DNA of 64,000 bases from Arenicellales bacterium (GCA_965215945.1 CBDCFC010000051.1:13084-77083), one strand, 5' to 3'; positions 25,207 to 35,202 are shown, numbered from the stretch's first letter. Numbers and translations: made by a program. Notes: generated from the letters alone by a model not told the origin.

Positions 25207-26787
25207 ATGCAAACATCAGCAGCTCAACAATCCGCAATTAACTGGGTTGACCAGTGCATGGATCAACTCTCCGACTGGAATTATCAGATCTGGTCTTATG
25301 CCGAACCTGCCTGGCGCGAGTATAAAAGCGCGGCTTGGTATGTTGAAAAACTAAAAGCTGAGGGATTTAGAGTTGAAGAGGGGTCGGCTGGTATGCCGAC
25401 TGCTTTTTTTGCGAGTTGGTCAAATGGAAACGGACCACAGGTTGCTACCTATGCGGAATATGACGCAGTACCAGGAAATTGCCAGGCAGCAACAACAACT
25501 CGGCAACCTCGCGATGGATTGTCCGAACATGCGGCGGGCCATACTGATCCACATTCTGCGTTGGGTATGAGTGCTCTCGGAGGTTTGTTAGCAGCCAAAG
25601 CCGCGATGGAGAAGCACGATATAAAAGGGACGTTGCGTTTTACCGGTGAACCGGCGGAAAAGGTAAGGGGTTCAAAACCGATTCATGCTGCCAAAGGATA
25701 CTACGATGATCTTGATGGTATGATCAGCTTTCATCCCTGTTACATGTTGCCGCTATGCAACACGGCTCGTTGGGATACTCACTGTGGTGCCGCTTATTCG
25801 TTGATCTATCGATTTGTTTGTGATGAACCACAAACTTGGCTAAAGCGTAAAGACTCATTGCCTATTCCACAGGCCCATAGTGATGTGCGTGCACCCGGAG
25901 CGAATGATGCTTTGTTCGCCATGTACAATCATTCGAAATCCTTGCGCGATTCCATGTTACCGCATAGCGGTTATTGGTCGATTAGTGAAGCCATATTAAC
26001 GGCAGGTCAGGCAACGGCCGATAACTTGCCAGCCAGACTGGCTGAAATTCAATACATTATCCGTGCACCAACAATCGCAATGCTTGATCAAGTTGTTGCT
26101 GTTTTGGATAACAATGCCAAATCCAGTGCGGATTTAACCCATTGTCGCCATGAAAAATATTGGGTCTCTAAATCTAGACCTGGGTTAGCCAATCACACAA
26201 TGGCAGAACTTGTGTTCGATGCATTGCAACAGGTTGGGCCACCTATTTGGGATGAAAAAGCGATCAATGTAGCCAGGAAAATACAAGCCAACGTCGATTT
26301 GCAGGTCATGGACGATCCTTTTATTCCCGAGTGTGGTAAATTAATTGCGCCGCAACAGGCTGAAGAAATATTACGCAAGGATTTAGCACCATCGCAAATT
26401 AATCATACATCTGACGACTACACGGAAATGTGCTGGCATACGCCTACAGCTAGATTCTATGTCGCCAGACCTATGTTGAAAGCGCCTGCTGGATTCAGTT
26501 ATCCGGATTGGGTCATGAACGCATTGGGAGGGATGCCGGAAACCATCGATCCAATGTTGAACACGGCAGCAAAAACAATAGCCTTATCCTTGTTGCGTCT
26601 ATTGGAAGATAAAGAAAGCCGGGATTATGCAAGGCAGGAATTTAATCAACGCACCAGCGGCGGTGTTGGTGGTAATGATTGGATACCACCATTATGTGAT
26701 TACCAGCCTCCAATCAATTTTCGTTGGCCGGAATACGTTGCCACCGTGCGTGGACAGGATTGGTGGATACCACAACAGGGTTATTGA
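25207..26787 (+). CDS. M20-family amidohydrolase, AbgB-like
   Basis: The N-terminal region (QIWSYAEPAWREYKSAAWYVEKLKAEGFRVEEG...PTAFFASW...ATYAEYDAVPG) parallels E. coli AbgB as I recall it. Confidence 0.65.
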   Translation: MQTSAAQQSAINWVDQCMDQLSDWNYQIWSYAEPAWREYKSAAWYVEKLKAEGFRVEEGSAGMPTAFFASWSNGNGPQVATYAEYDAVPGNCQAATTTRQPRDGLSEHAAGHTDPHSALGMSALGGLLAAKAAMEKHDIKGTLRFTGEPAEKVRGSKPIHAAKGYYDDLDGMISFHPCYMLPLCNTARWDTHCGAAYSLIYRFVCDEPQTWLKRKDSLPIPQAHSDVRAPGANDALFAMYNHSKSLRDSMLPHSGYWSISEAILTAGQATADNLPARLAEIQYIIRAPTIAMLDQVVAVLDNNAKSSADLTHCRHEKYWVSKSRPGLANHTMAELVFDALQQVGPPIWDEKAINVARKIQANVDLQVMDDPFIPECGKLIAPQQAEEILRKDLAPSQINHTSDDYTEMCWHTPTARFYVARPMLKAPAGFSYPDWVMNALGGMPETIDPMLNTAAKTIALSLLRLLEDKESRDYARQEFNQRTSGGVGGNDWIPPLCDYQPPINFRWPEYVATVRGQDWWIPQQGY

Positions 26788-26924
26788 TTGGTGCCGCGTC
26801 AAGCATTTCGAAAAAGCATACGATTTGTGAATTAGTTCATAGAATGGTTTGCTCAATGTTGCTAGAGTAGTTTAGTCAAGAAACAAGCCGATAAGGTAGA
26901 TAAAAATAATAAGAGAGGGCAGAT

Positions 26925-27446
26925 ATGTCACACGATGATTATTGGGATATAGTCGATGACTGTAAGCGCTATGATAACCAAAGGCATGATCAGGAGCTGT
27001 TCGAGCAAGATCTAAGCAGGCGTTCAAGGGACGTTTACGATGCGCTTGAAGAGGGTGACCGTGACAAGCTTAATTGGATTTTCCAAATACCAGCGCATGG
27101 CGATGATCAGATCCAAGAACATTCCAACTATACCGAGATAGAACAGGTTTCCCTCGAAACCGAGTTGTCGAGTTTAATGAGCTTGATTGAAAAATCCGAG
27201 CTAATTCCTGAACGCTTGAATTTCCCCTGGGTCAATTTTCTGGATTCGATTAGCTATCTCGAACCACCGCAAGCCAGGCAACATATCGAACATTTCAATC
27301 AGGTGTTTCGACAATGGAAGCAGGTTAACCGACCGGTGGAAGATATCTGGGATATTGGAGATACTAGAATATGGTTATTCGACTGTGAAGTAGAGCAAAT
27401 CCAAGACAAAGTTGATAAAATTATTAATTTGCTGGATTCGAATTAA
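26925..27446 (+). CDS. Hypothetical acidic protein
   Basis: 173-aa ORF with RBS-like agagaggg upstream. No family is recognised. Confidence 0.5.
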   Translation: MSHDDYWDIVDDCKRYDNQRHDQELFEQDLSRRSRDVYDALEEGDRDKLNWIFQIPAHGDDQIQEHSNYTEIEQVSLETELSSLMSLIEKSELIPERLNFPWVNFLDSISYLEPPQARQHIEHFNQVFRQWKQVNRPVEDIWDIGDTRIWLFDCEVEQIQDKVDKIINLLDSN

Positions 27447-28774
27447 GCGATTAATTTCTCATCAAACGGGCAACGAGTCAGGTTCTCAAAGCCAGTTTCA
27501 GTGACTAAAAGCTGATCTTCGAGTTTGATTCCATCTGGACCACCGACTTCGCCAATATAAGCTTCCACACATAGCATCATGCCGGCTTCCAGCACTCCTG
27601 AATAGCCGCGTTCTTCCCAGTCAATGGGGTACTTGATCGCTGGCCACTCGTCACATAACCCAACACCGTGGAATTTTGAGCCATAGCGCTGGGGAATGTA
27701 TTTATCAGGTAAATGATGGCCGCCTTCGGTCAATTCCCGAAAAGTCACCCCGGGTTTAACCAGTTCGGCATTGGCCATAATGTGTTCATAAGCAATGGCA
27801 TGCATTTCTTTCTGCCTGGCCGTGGGTTGATCATCGCCAATAAACCAGCTGCGCGAAATATCGGTACACATGCCATAGCAGCCAATCAAATCAGTATCAA
27901 ATGAAAGTATTTCATTATTTTGAATGATTCGCGGGCCGCATTCCTGGAACCAGGGATTGGTGCGCTGGCCTGATGAAAGAATACGAGTTTCTATCCATTC
28001 CCCGCCACGCTTAATGTTAGATTTATGCAGCTCAGCCCAAATATCGTTTTCCGTCACGCCAGGCACAGCCACTTCGCGCATTTCTTCAATTGATTTTTCA
28101 CAGGCCCACATGGCACAGTGCATGGCCTTGATTTCATCTGGACCCTTGATCGCGCGTGTACGCTCCATGAGTTCTTCACCGTCTTTAACTTCGATGCCGA
28201 TTTTATCCAAGGCTCGCAAGCCTTCGATCTGGATTTTATCGACAGCCAGGCGGCGGTTGTCTCCCACATGTTCACGCAGTAGCTGATCGACTGCTCCGGC
28301 AAATAATTGTGCTTTTTCCTCAGTTCGTTGGCCGGTAGCGAAATAAAAAAATGACGCGCCAAAGCGAACTTCTTTTACCAAAGGGTTATATTCGGACAAA
28401 TAAGCATAACCACCGTATTCCCACAGCACCATGTGCCCATCAGCGGTGACCAGACAAGCCCGAAATGGGTTATGGGCATTCCATAGCTGCATGTGAGTCG
28501 TATCGGTCGCATAACGAATTGATAAAGGATCAAAGATTAAGACGCCGGCGTAATCTCGATCATTAATCGCTTTGATGAGTCGATCCAGGCGGTATTGACG
28601 CATAGCCGCCAGGTCAGGGCACTCAAGCCCATCCTCGGCCCACTCCTGAAAAGCTAAATCAGTTGGGCCAATCTCAATACGATTATTATCATCCGGTGTG
28701 TTATCCGGTTTCATGCCGGGTCGTCTTGTTGGGTCGATTTTTGGCTGCGATATTGAATGTGGATTACTCGACAT
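27443..28774 (-). CDS. dddP: M24-family metalloenzyme, probable DMSP lyase DddP
   Basis: Long blocks match DddP as I recall it. These are IEIGPTDLAF, FDPLSIRYATDTTHMQLWNAHNPFRACLV, RRLAVDK, KGPDEIKAM, RGGEWIETRILSSGQRTNPWFQECGPR, SFDTDLIGCYGMCTDISRSW, HGVGLCDEWP, LCVEA and KLEDQLLVTETGFENLT. The ATG at 28774 has GGGAG 6 nt upstream. Confidence 0.7.
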   Translation of the reverse strand: MSSNPHSISQPKIDPTRRPGMKPDNTPDDNNRIEIGPTDLAFQEWAEDGLECPDLAAMRQYRLDRLIKAINDRDYAGVLIFDPLSIRYATDTTHMQLWNAHNPFRACLVTADGHMVLWEYGGYAYLSEYNPLVKEVRFGASFFYFATGQRTEEKAQLFAGAVDQLLREHVGDNRRLAVDKIQIEGLRALDKIGIEVKDGEELMERTRAIKGPDEIKAMHCAMWACEKSIEEMREVAVPGVTENDIWAELHKSNIKRGGEWIETRILSSGQRTNPWFQECGPRIIQNNEILSFDTDLIGCYGMCTDISRSWFIGDDQPTARQKEMHAIAYEHIMANAELVKPGVTFRELTEGGHHLPDKYIPQRYGSKFHGVGLCDEWPAIKYPIDWEERGYSGVLEAGMMLCVEAYIGEVGGPDGIKLEDQLLVTETGFENLTRCPFDEKLIA

Positions 28775-28943
28775 GTCATCTCCCACTTTATGTCACCTAT
28801 CTTCAGGCTCGAGTTTAGAATATTCAAGAATTGTAACTGAATATCAAGACTCTCGTATAGTCAGCTGTGATGATTGTTTTGAGAGTACTACTAAAAACGG
28901 GTGTATAATTGTTATTAATATTCATTCAAAGGAGATCAAAGTG

Positions 28944-29921
28944 ATGAAACATTGTTCGAATATTTTTTCCGTTCTCATCAGCGCGGTGTTGCTTTTTTCT
29001 ACACCTATTTATTCAACATCAGCATCGGCAGAGGATATTACTATAGGAACTGGCGGCCGAGCGGGTGTTTATTTTCAGGTAGGACGTGCATTATGTCGGT
29101 TGCTGGATCAGCAAGCCCAAAGCCACGACATTACTTGTGAATCTCTGTCCACGGCTGGGTCAATATCCAATTTAAATGATATTCGAGAAGGTAAATTACA
29201 GATTGGCGTGGCTCAATCTGATTGGCAATATCATGCGGTTAACGGCAGTAGTAAATTTGCTGACAGCGGTAAGGACGATAATTTGCGTGCCTTATTTTCT
29301 GTGCATGGTGAACCGTTTACCTTGGTTGTCCGTCAGGATTCAGGTATTGGCTCGATTTCTGATCTTGAGGGTAAACGTGTCAATATCGGTAATCCAGGTT
29401 CAGGACAACGGGCGACTATGGAAGTGGTGATGGAAACAATGGGCTGGACCAAGGACAGCTTTGCCCTGGCCAATGAACTTCCTGCCTCGCAACAATCGCT
29501 GTCACTGTGCCATGATGAAGTGCAGGCTATGGTTTATACCGTGGGTCATCCCAATGATTCTGTAGCCCAGGCAGTTGAACTGTGTGAGGCCAAGATTGCA
29601 CAAGTTCAAGGTGGTCCTATTGACGCTTTAGTTAATGACAATCCGTTCTATGCGTATACTGAAGTGCCTGGCGGAGTTTACCCTGGCAACGATGATTCAG
29701 TTACAACTTTCGGTGTCAAAGCTACGGTGGTGAGTTCTGCAGATATTGATGAGGACACAATCTATACAGTTGTTAGTACCATTTTTGATAATCTGGATGA
29801 ATTCAAAAAAATGCATCCGGCGTTTGCGCATTTACAAGCCGATAATATGGTCAAAGATGGTTTGTCAGCACCTTTGCATGCTGGAGCAGAGCGTTATTTC
29901 AAGGAAAAAGGTTTGCTTTAA
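28944..29921 (+). CDS. TAXI-family TRAP transporter solute-binding protein
   Basis: A signal peptide is followed by ITIGTGGRAGVYFQVGRALC and the C-terminal PLHAGAERYFKEKG. The start is the ATG at 28944 after aaggag. The ORF-track start at 28698 runs through the divergent promoter. Confidence 0.85.
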   Translation: MKHCSNIFSVLISAVLLFSTPIYSTSASAEDITIGTGGRAGVYFQVGRALCRLLDQQAQSHDITCESLSTAGSISNLNDIREGKLQIGVAQSDWQYHAVNGSSKFADSGKDDNLRALFSVHGEPFTLVVRQDSGIGSISDLEGKRVNIGNPGSGQRATMEVVMETMGWTKDSFALANELPASQQSLSLCHDEVQAMVYTVGHPNDSVAQAVELCEAKIAQVQGGPIDALVNDNPFYAYTEVPGGVYPGNDDSVTTFGVKATVVSSADIDEDTIYTVVSTIFDNLDEFKKMHPAFAHLQADNMVKDGLSAPLHAGAERYFKEKGLL

Positions 29922-30020
29922 AGCCATTTTTGGCAGAGTTACAATCGCCATGCCGGACCTAGGTCCGAGATTTTGCAATTATGAGCTTGTATCAACAAGC
30001 ATGGGTATTTTTGGCTCTAA

Positions 30021-32441
30021 TTAGCTTCTAAGTCGTTCACCTTTGGGATCAAAGGCTGAGCCTGCCAGAATATAGGCTTTGTGAGATCGACCCAAGACCG
30101 CAACGTCCAGTTCAGTCTCAGGATTGGAATTGGCGGTTTTCACAAAGCCTAGAGCCAGTGATTTATCGACGGTATAACCATAAGAGCCTGAGCTGATTCG
30201 ACCAACTGGTGTGCCATCGGGTATGAAAATCGGTTCACCACCTGTGGCATCAGCTTTATTCGCTTCGATTTCAATCATCACCAGTTTTTCACGTGGCTCG
30301 TTATCTTTAATTTTTAGATAAGCCTCTTTGCCAATGAATTCAGGTTTATCAAGTTTGATTAACCGATCCAGGCCGACTTCCTGTGGCCAGTATTCAGGTG
30401 AGTATTCACGCCCCCAGGAGCCGTAGCCCTTTTCGATACGAAGCGATAACAAAGAACGGCCGCCGACTGGACGAATATTAAATGGCTGACCAGCTTGCAA
30501 CAGTTTATTGTAAAGCTCGAGTTGTTTTTCTTCAGGTATATAGAGTTCCCAACCTAAGTCACCAGTAAATGAAACGCGAATAGCAATTGCATTAATGCCT
30601 GCAATGGTGATTTGTTTAGAACGAGTAAATTTGAAGTTGTCGTTAGACAGGTCTGTATCCGTTAAATCCTGTAGCAAAGCGCGTGAATTCGGTCCAGCCA
30701 CATTAAATCCACACAGTTCGCTAGTTATTGATCTAAAACTAACTGTTTCAGGTCGTTCAACCATGTTGAAAAAGCGCTGATGATAGCGCTCGGCCATACC
30801 TGAACCGATCATCAAAAACTCATCCTCATCCAGCTTAGTAATCGTAAAGTCGCCAGCAATACCACCTCGCAATCCAATCAAAGGTGTTAAGCAAGATCGC
30901 CCAATCTCAGTTGGTACATAATTTGCGACCACACGATTAAGCCAGTCTGCCGCGCCTTGACCTTTAATTTCATATTTGCCGAAGTTGGAAATATCAATGA
31001 TACCCACACTTTCCCGAAGTGCTTTACATTCCTCTCCAACCGGCTCGAACCAGTTTTGACGTTCAAAGCCATAGTCTTCTTTGGCTTCATTACCTTCACT
31101 GGCATACCAAAGCGGGTGTTCCCAGCCATAGTTAAGTCCAAAAATGGCGCCGAGTTGTTTTTGCCGTTCATACACAGGACGTGTGCGAGTAGGGCGGCCC
31201 GCTTCGCGTTCTTCATAGGGAAAATGAATTTTAAATCGATGTGAATAACAATCCATGACTCGTGATTTGGTGAAACCTTTGGTTGCCCAATCACCATAAC
31301 GCGCCATGTCCCAAGGAAACATATCTAATTCAGGCTCGCCTTCGACAACCCACTGGGCAAGCATTAAACCCAAACCACCGGATTGGGAAAATCCAGGAAT
31401 AATCCCGTTACAACAAAAATAATTTCTTAGTTCTGGAACCGGACCGAACAAAGCAGCACTATCAGGTGACCAGATCATTGGGCCGTTTATATTGCGCTTA
31501 ATCCCAGCTTCCGCGAGGACTGGGATACGATCACAAGCACGCATAATATTTTCTTCTATGCGTTCAAAGTCATCAGGTAATAGTTCATGTCCAAAGTCTG
31601 ATGGCGTGCCTTGTTCAGCCCAAAACTTTCCGCCTTTTTCATAGGCACCAACGAGTAAACCCTGACCTTCCTGACGTAAATAGTATTCGCCGTCTCTGTC
31701 AGCGACTGAGGGCAAGCGCCTGTCCATGGCTTCAATTTCAGGAATTGTCTCAGTGACAAAATATTGATGCTCAGTGGGCATCAACGGCAATTCAATACTG
31801 GCCATTGCGGCCACTTCGCGGCCCCACAAGCCGGCTGCATTGATGACTATTTCCGTATGAATGGTTCCGTTCGGCGTGACTACATCCCAGCTGCCATCAG
31901 TTCTGGGGTTAGTTTCAGTGACAGGGGTAAAGCGATGGATGGTTGCACCAAGCGCTTTGGCACCTTGAACATAGGCATAGGTAACCCCTGAAGGATCAAC
32001 ATTACCACCATCCGGTTCATACATCACGCAGCGAATGCCATCAAAGTTTACTAAGGGATGTAAATCTTGTGCTTCTTTTATAGACAGTTCATAAAAGTCG
32101 ACATCAAAATATCGGGCTTTGGCCGCCTGGATGCGTAACTGGTGCTCGCGATCCTTGGTTTGGGCCAGATAAAGTGAACCGGGCTGAAAAATGCCGCAGC
32201 CCTGACCGGTTTCTTTTTCCAATTCTGCATACAGACGCATGGTGTAATACTGTAGTTTGGAAATATTATTGTGATCATGCAGACCGTGCAAGCCTGCAGC
32301 AGCGTGCCAGGTGGAGCCGGACGTCAGTTCGTCACGTTCCAGTAAAACAACATCTTTCCAGCCAAGCTTTGCCAGGTGGTAAAGAATACTGCAGCCAATA
32401 AGACCGCCGCCGATAACAACAGCTTGCGCGTGTGTTTGCAT
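30021..32441 (-). CDS. FAD-dependent oxidoreductase fused to a GcvT-type folate-binding aminomethyltransferase domain (dimethylglycine/sarcosine dehydrogenase family)
   Basis: N-terminal dinucleotide fold VVIGGGLIGCSILYHLAK. The 806-aa length fits. The C-terminal half has GcvT-like blocks (IDISNFGKYEIKG, GDLGWELY, EKGY). Confidence 0.85.
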   Translation of the reverse strand: MQTHAQAVVIGGGLIGCSILYHLAKLGWKDVVLLERDELTSGSTWHAAAGLHGLHDHNNISKLQYYTMRLYAELEKETGQGCGIFQPGSLYLAQTKDREHQLRIQAAKARYFDVDFYELSIKEAQDLHPLVNFDGIRCVMYEPDGGNVDPSGVTYAYVQGAKALGATIHRFTPVTETNPRTDGSWDVVTPNGTIHTEIVINAAGLWGREVAAMASIELPLMPTEHQYFVTETIPEIEAMDRRLPSVADRDGEYYLRQEGQGLLVGAYEKGGKFWAEQGTPSDFGHELLPDDFERIEENIMRACDRIPVLAEAGIKRNINGPMIWSPDSAALFGPVPELRNYFCCNGIIPGFSQSGGLGLMLAQWVVEGEPELDMFPWDMARYGDWATKGFTKSRVMDCYSHRFKIHFPYEEREAGRPTRTRPVYERQKQLGAIFGLNYGWEHPLWYASEGNEAKEDYGFERQNWFEPVGEECKALRESVGIIDISNFGKYEIKGQGAADWLNRVVANYVPTEIGRSCLTPLIGLRGGIAGDFTITKLDEDEFLMIGSGMAERYHQRFFNMVERPETVSFRSITSELCGFNVAGPNSRALLQDLTDTDLSNDNFKFTRSKQITIAGINAIAIRVSFTGDLGWELYIPEEKQLELYNKLLQAGQPFNIRPVGGRSLLSLRIEKGYGSWGREYSPEYWPQEVGLDRLIKLDKPEFIGKEAYLKIKDNEPREKLVMIEIEANKADATGGEPIFIPDGTPVGRISSGSYGYTVDKSLALGFVKTANSNPETELDVAVLGRSHKAYILAGSAFDPKGERLRS

Positions 32442-32618
32442 TTCGAATCTCTGCGTGTTTTAGCATGTTCTTATCACTTAGATCATGCAGCTTCAAGCAC
32501 TATTCGGTAAATATGATGCTATGTTTAGGTTTAGCTAAACATTAATGTGATTATTAGTCACTTTTTAGCTAATATTATTGATTCAATATTGTTCAACACA
32601 AACTCGAGGAGTTGAAAC

Positions 32619-32939
32619 ATGGCTAAATATTTATTTGTCTATCATGGTGGCGGTATGCCGGAGTCTGAGGAAGAAGCTGCAAAGGTCATGCAGGCCTGGA
32701 TGGATTGGCTGGGTGGCATGGGTGAGGATGCCATTGATCCTGGTAATCCTGTTGGCATGTCTTCAACTGTTCATCCGGATCAGTCTGTGACAGAAGACGG
32801 CGGCTCGAATCCAACCAGCGGCTACAGCATTATTAACGCTAGTGATTTGAACGACGCTCATGCAAAAGCCAAAGGCTGTCCGATTTTAGATACCGGCGGT
32901 ACAGTGGAAGTGGCCGAAATTCACGAGGTTTCAATGTAG
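32619..32939 (+). CDS. YCII-related small protein
   Basis: Recalled family pattern: MAKYLFVYHGGGMPESEEE...GGSNPTSGYSII...AKGCPIL..GGTVEVAEI. Confidence 0.6.
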   Translation: MAKYLFVYHGGGMPESEEEAAKVMQAWMDWLGGMGEDAIDPGNPVGMSSTVHPDQSVTEDGGSNPTSGYSIINASDLNDAHAKAKGCPILDTGGTVEVAEIHEVSM

Positions 32940-32983
32940 TATAGTGTGCTGTATTTTATGCGTTCTTAGAGTATCACCCGGAT

Positions 32984-33439
32984 ATGTCTTGCTATTTTGC
33001 AACAGTAAAATGGAAAACGGACGGCAATGATTTTGTCAAACGTAAATATTCCCGTCTGCATGAATGGTCGTTTGATGGTGGCGCTTTAATTCAGGCCTCG
33101 GCCTCTCCGCAAGTAGTGCCTTTGCCATACTCCGACGAATCAGCTGTTGATCCTGAAGAGGCTTTTGTGGCTGCAATATCCAGTTGTCACATGTTGTTTT
33201 TTCTGGATTATGCCAGTAGAGAAAAAATTACCGTAACCAGTTATGAAGATCAGGCGAGCGGTGTGATGGAAAAGAATCAGCAAGGTTTAATAGTGATGAC
33301 TAAAGTGATATTAAACCCCCAAGTAGAATTTGCAGATGAAACGCCGACAAAAGAAACACTTGAAAAGTTGCATCATCGGGCACATGAAAGCTGTTTTCTG
33401 GCCAATTCAGTCAAGACTGAGATTGAGGTGACATTATGA
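32984..33439 (+). CDS. OsmC/Ohr-family protein
   Basis: Two conserved Cys contexts (AAISSCHMLFF and AHESCFLANS) and a size of 151 aa. Confidence 0.8.
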   Translation: MSCYFATVKWKTDGNDFVKRKYSRLHEWSFDGGALIQASASPQVVPLPYSDESAVDPEEAFVAAISSCHMLFFLDYASREKITVTSYEDQASGVMEKNQQGLIVMTKVILNPQVEFADETPTKETLEKLHHRAHESCFLANSVKTEIEVTL

Positions 33440-33559
33440 ATGCAGGCATCCATAATGGCATTCCGAGTGAGTTCACAAACGAATCGAGGAATCTCCATGG
33501 GTAGGCTACAGAATCAAGCGAAGTAGACTGTTCAAGGAGATTCCTCCACTGCGGTCAGG

Positions 33560-33919
33560 ATGACAATGAATAGGGAAAAACACATGAATCCAGAAAACTT
33601 AACAATCAGTAACGCACTTAACCAATTGCCGACCAAGAATGGTAAACAATTTGTTAACCTGTTTAACCACGGCAGCTTGGAAATTGAGATGTATGCCCCT
33701 AAAGGTCATGATCCACAACAGCCGCATGAAAAAGACGAAGTTTATGTGATCGCTTCCGGTAGTGGCTGGTTTGTCAATGGCGAAACGCGTCACCGGTTTG
33801 AGCCAGGGCAAGTGTTATTTGTGCCGGCAGGTGTTGTTCACCATTTTGAAGATTTTACTGATGATTTTGCAACCTGGGTGATTTTTTATGGACCTAAAGG
33901 CGGTGAAGCCAATGAGTGA
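33560..33919 (+). CDS. Cupin-domain protein
   Basis: Cupin motifs (HEKDEVYVIASGSG and VLFVPAGVVHHF). The start may be the downstream ATG at 33584. Confidence 0.75.
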   Translation: MTMNREKHMNPENLTISNALNQLPTKNGKQFVNLFNHGSLEIEMYAPKGHDPQQPHEKDEVYVIASGSGWFVNGETRHRFEPGQVLFVPAGVVHHFEDFTDDFATWVIFYGPKGGEANE

Positions 33920-34559
33920 AAATCTGCAGACAGAACGAGTCAGTGTTAACCGATTGAAAGATCGGGCTGCTTATGACGTCGACACCGTTTATCAGATCCT
34001 TGATGAAGGAAAAGTCTGTCATGTAGGTTTTGTGGACAATGGTCAATCTTATGTCATTCCTATGGCGTATGCCAGAATCGAAAACAAGTTAATACTTCAT
34101 GGCTCAGTATTAAGTCGCCTATTGAATAAGCTGGCAACAGGAGTTGACATCTGTGTCACGGTCACTCACATCGATGGTATGGTATTAGCTCGCTCAGCCT
34201 TTCATCATTCAATGAATTATCGAAGTGTAGTGGTTTTAGGTACAGCCAAACCGATTATTAAGGAAACAGACAAAGCCATTGCTCTGGATGCCTTGGTGGA
34301 TCATTTGATTCCAGGGCGTTCTAAAACTTCCAGACCGGGAACCAAGCAGGAACTCAAGGCGATCCATGTTTTAGAAATTGAAATTACGGAAGTATCGGTT
34401 AAACAGCGAACAGGTCCACCCAAGGATGACAAAGAAGATATGCAATCGGATTATTGGGCTGGCGTTATTCCCATGCAGACAGTTTATGGGCAAGCCCAAC
34501 CTGCAAAGGACTTAAAAGATGGTATCTCAATACCGGATTTTAGTTCGCTAATCCGATAG
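33912..34559 (+). CDS. Pyridoxamine 5'-phosphate oxidase-family flavoprotein
   Basis: ATGA overlap with the cupin stop. The pattern VCHVGFVDNGQSYVIPMAYAR...LHGS...RSAFHHSMNYRSVVV is typical of the family. Confidence 0.75.
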   Translation: MSENLQTERVSVNRLKDRAAYDVDTVYQILDEGKVCHVGFVDNGQSYVIPMAYARIENKLILHGSVLSRLLNKLATGVDICVTVTHIDGMVLARSAFHHSMNYRSVVVLGTAKPIIKETDKAIALDALVDHLIPGRSKTSRPGTKQELKAIHVLEIEITEVSVKQRTGPPKDDKEDMQSDYWAGVIPMQTVYGQAQPAKDLKDGISIPDFSSLIR

Positions 34560-34581
34560 CTTTAATCCAAGGAGTATATCA

Positions 34582-35202
34582 ATGCATAACATTCGATTGT
34601 ATGGCCATTATGATTCCGGTCATGTTTATAAAGTCATGTTGTTTTTGGAGTTAGCTAAAATTCCTTATGATTATGAGTATGTCGATATTTGGATTGAAAA
34701 ACAAAAACGGCAAAAAAATTTTCTCAAATTTTCCAGAAATGGTGAAGTACCTTGTTTAGTGGTAGATGACAACGCTTTTATTCAATCCAACGTCATTCTG
34801 CAGAAATTGGCTTCCACCTATAGGATGTATGGCGGTGAATCCGAAGATAGACTTATCAGTGCGCTTGACTGGCAATTCTGGGAAGCAAACCGATTGGGCA
34901 TGTGTTTGCCACAGCTTAGATATGCTAAACGTTTTGCACCTGATGAATTCACGCCTGGAAATCTGGAGTTTTTATATTCAAGATTCGATCAAGATATCGA
35001 TTTGTTAGCCCAGCACTTAAATGATGGTCGGAAATTTATCCTTGACGATGATGTGAGCATTGCAGATTTTTCCGTCTGTGGTTATTTATATTGGCCTGAA
35101 GAAGCCGGTGTCGAGTTGCCACAACCAGTCACTGACTGGCTGGGACGATTGAGTCAGTTAGACGGCTGGCAACCACCTTATGAAATGATGAGAAAGGAGT
35201 AG
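34582..35202 (+). CDS. Glutathione S-transferase family protein
   Basis: Thioredoxin-like N-terminal domain (NGEVPCLVVDDNAFIQSNVILQKL) and an alpha-helical C-terminal domain. Confidence 0.75.
   Translation: MHNIRLYGHYDSGHVYKVMLFLELAKIPYDYEYVDIWIEKQKRQKNFLKFSRNGEVPCLVVDDNAFIQSNVILQKLASTYRMYGGESEDRLISALDWQFWEANRLGMCLPQLRYAKRFAPDEFTPGNLEFLYSRFDQDIDLLAQHLNDGRKFILDDDVSIADFSVCGYLYWPEEAGVELPQPVTDWLGRLSQLDGWQPPYEMMRKE

Noticed and set aside
28698-28943. The ORF track extends the TAXI gene at its N-terminus, starting at 28698.
   Set aside because: The extension overlaps the dddP-like start and promoter region on the other strand and encodes no signal peptide. A canonical aaggag-N9-ATG at 28944 is followed by a signal peptide.
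32529-32540. There are perfect 12-bp palindromes: GTTTAGCTAAAC here and CTGAAATTTCAG at 56842-56853. The latter is nested in a 9-bp inverted repeat (56833-56868). These could be operators.
   Set aside because: Roughly 15 perfect 12-bp palindromes are expected by chance in 64 kb. Without a cognate regulator or repeated occurrence they are not reportable sites.
33486-33546. An 11-bp perfect inverted repeat, gaggaatctcc/ggagattcctc, lies between the OsmC and cupin genes with a 39-nt spacer.
   Set aside because: About one such inverted repeat is expected by chance in a window of this size. The loop is too long for a stable hairpin, and no T-tract follows.
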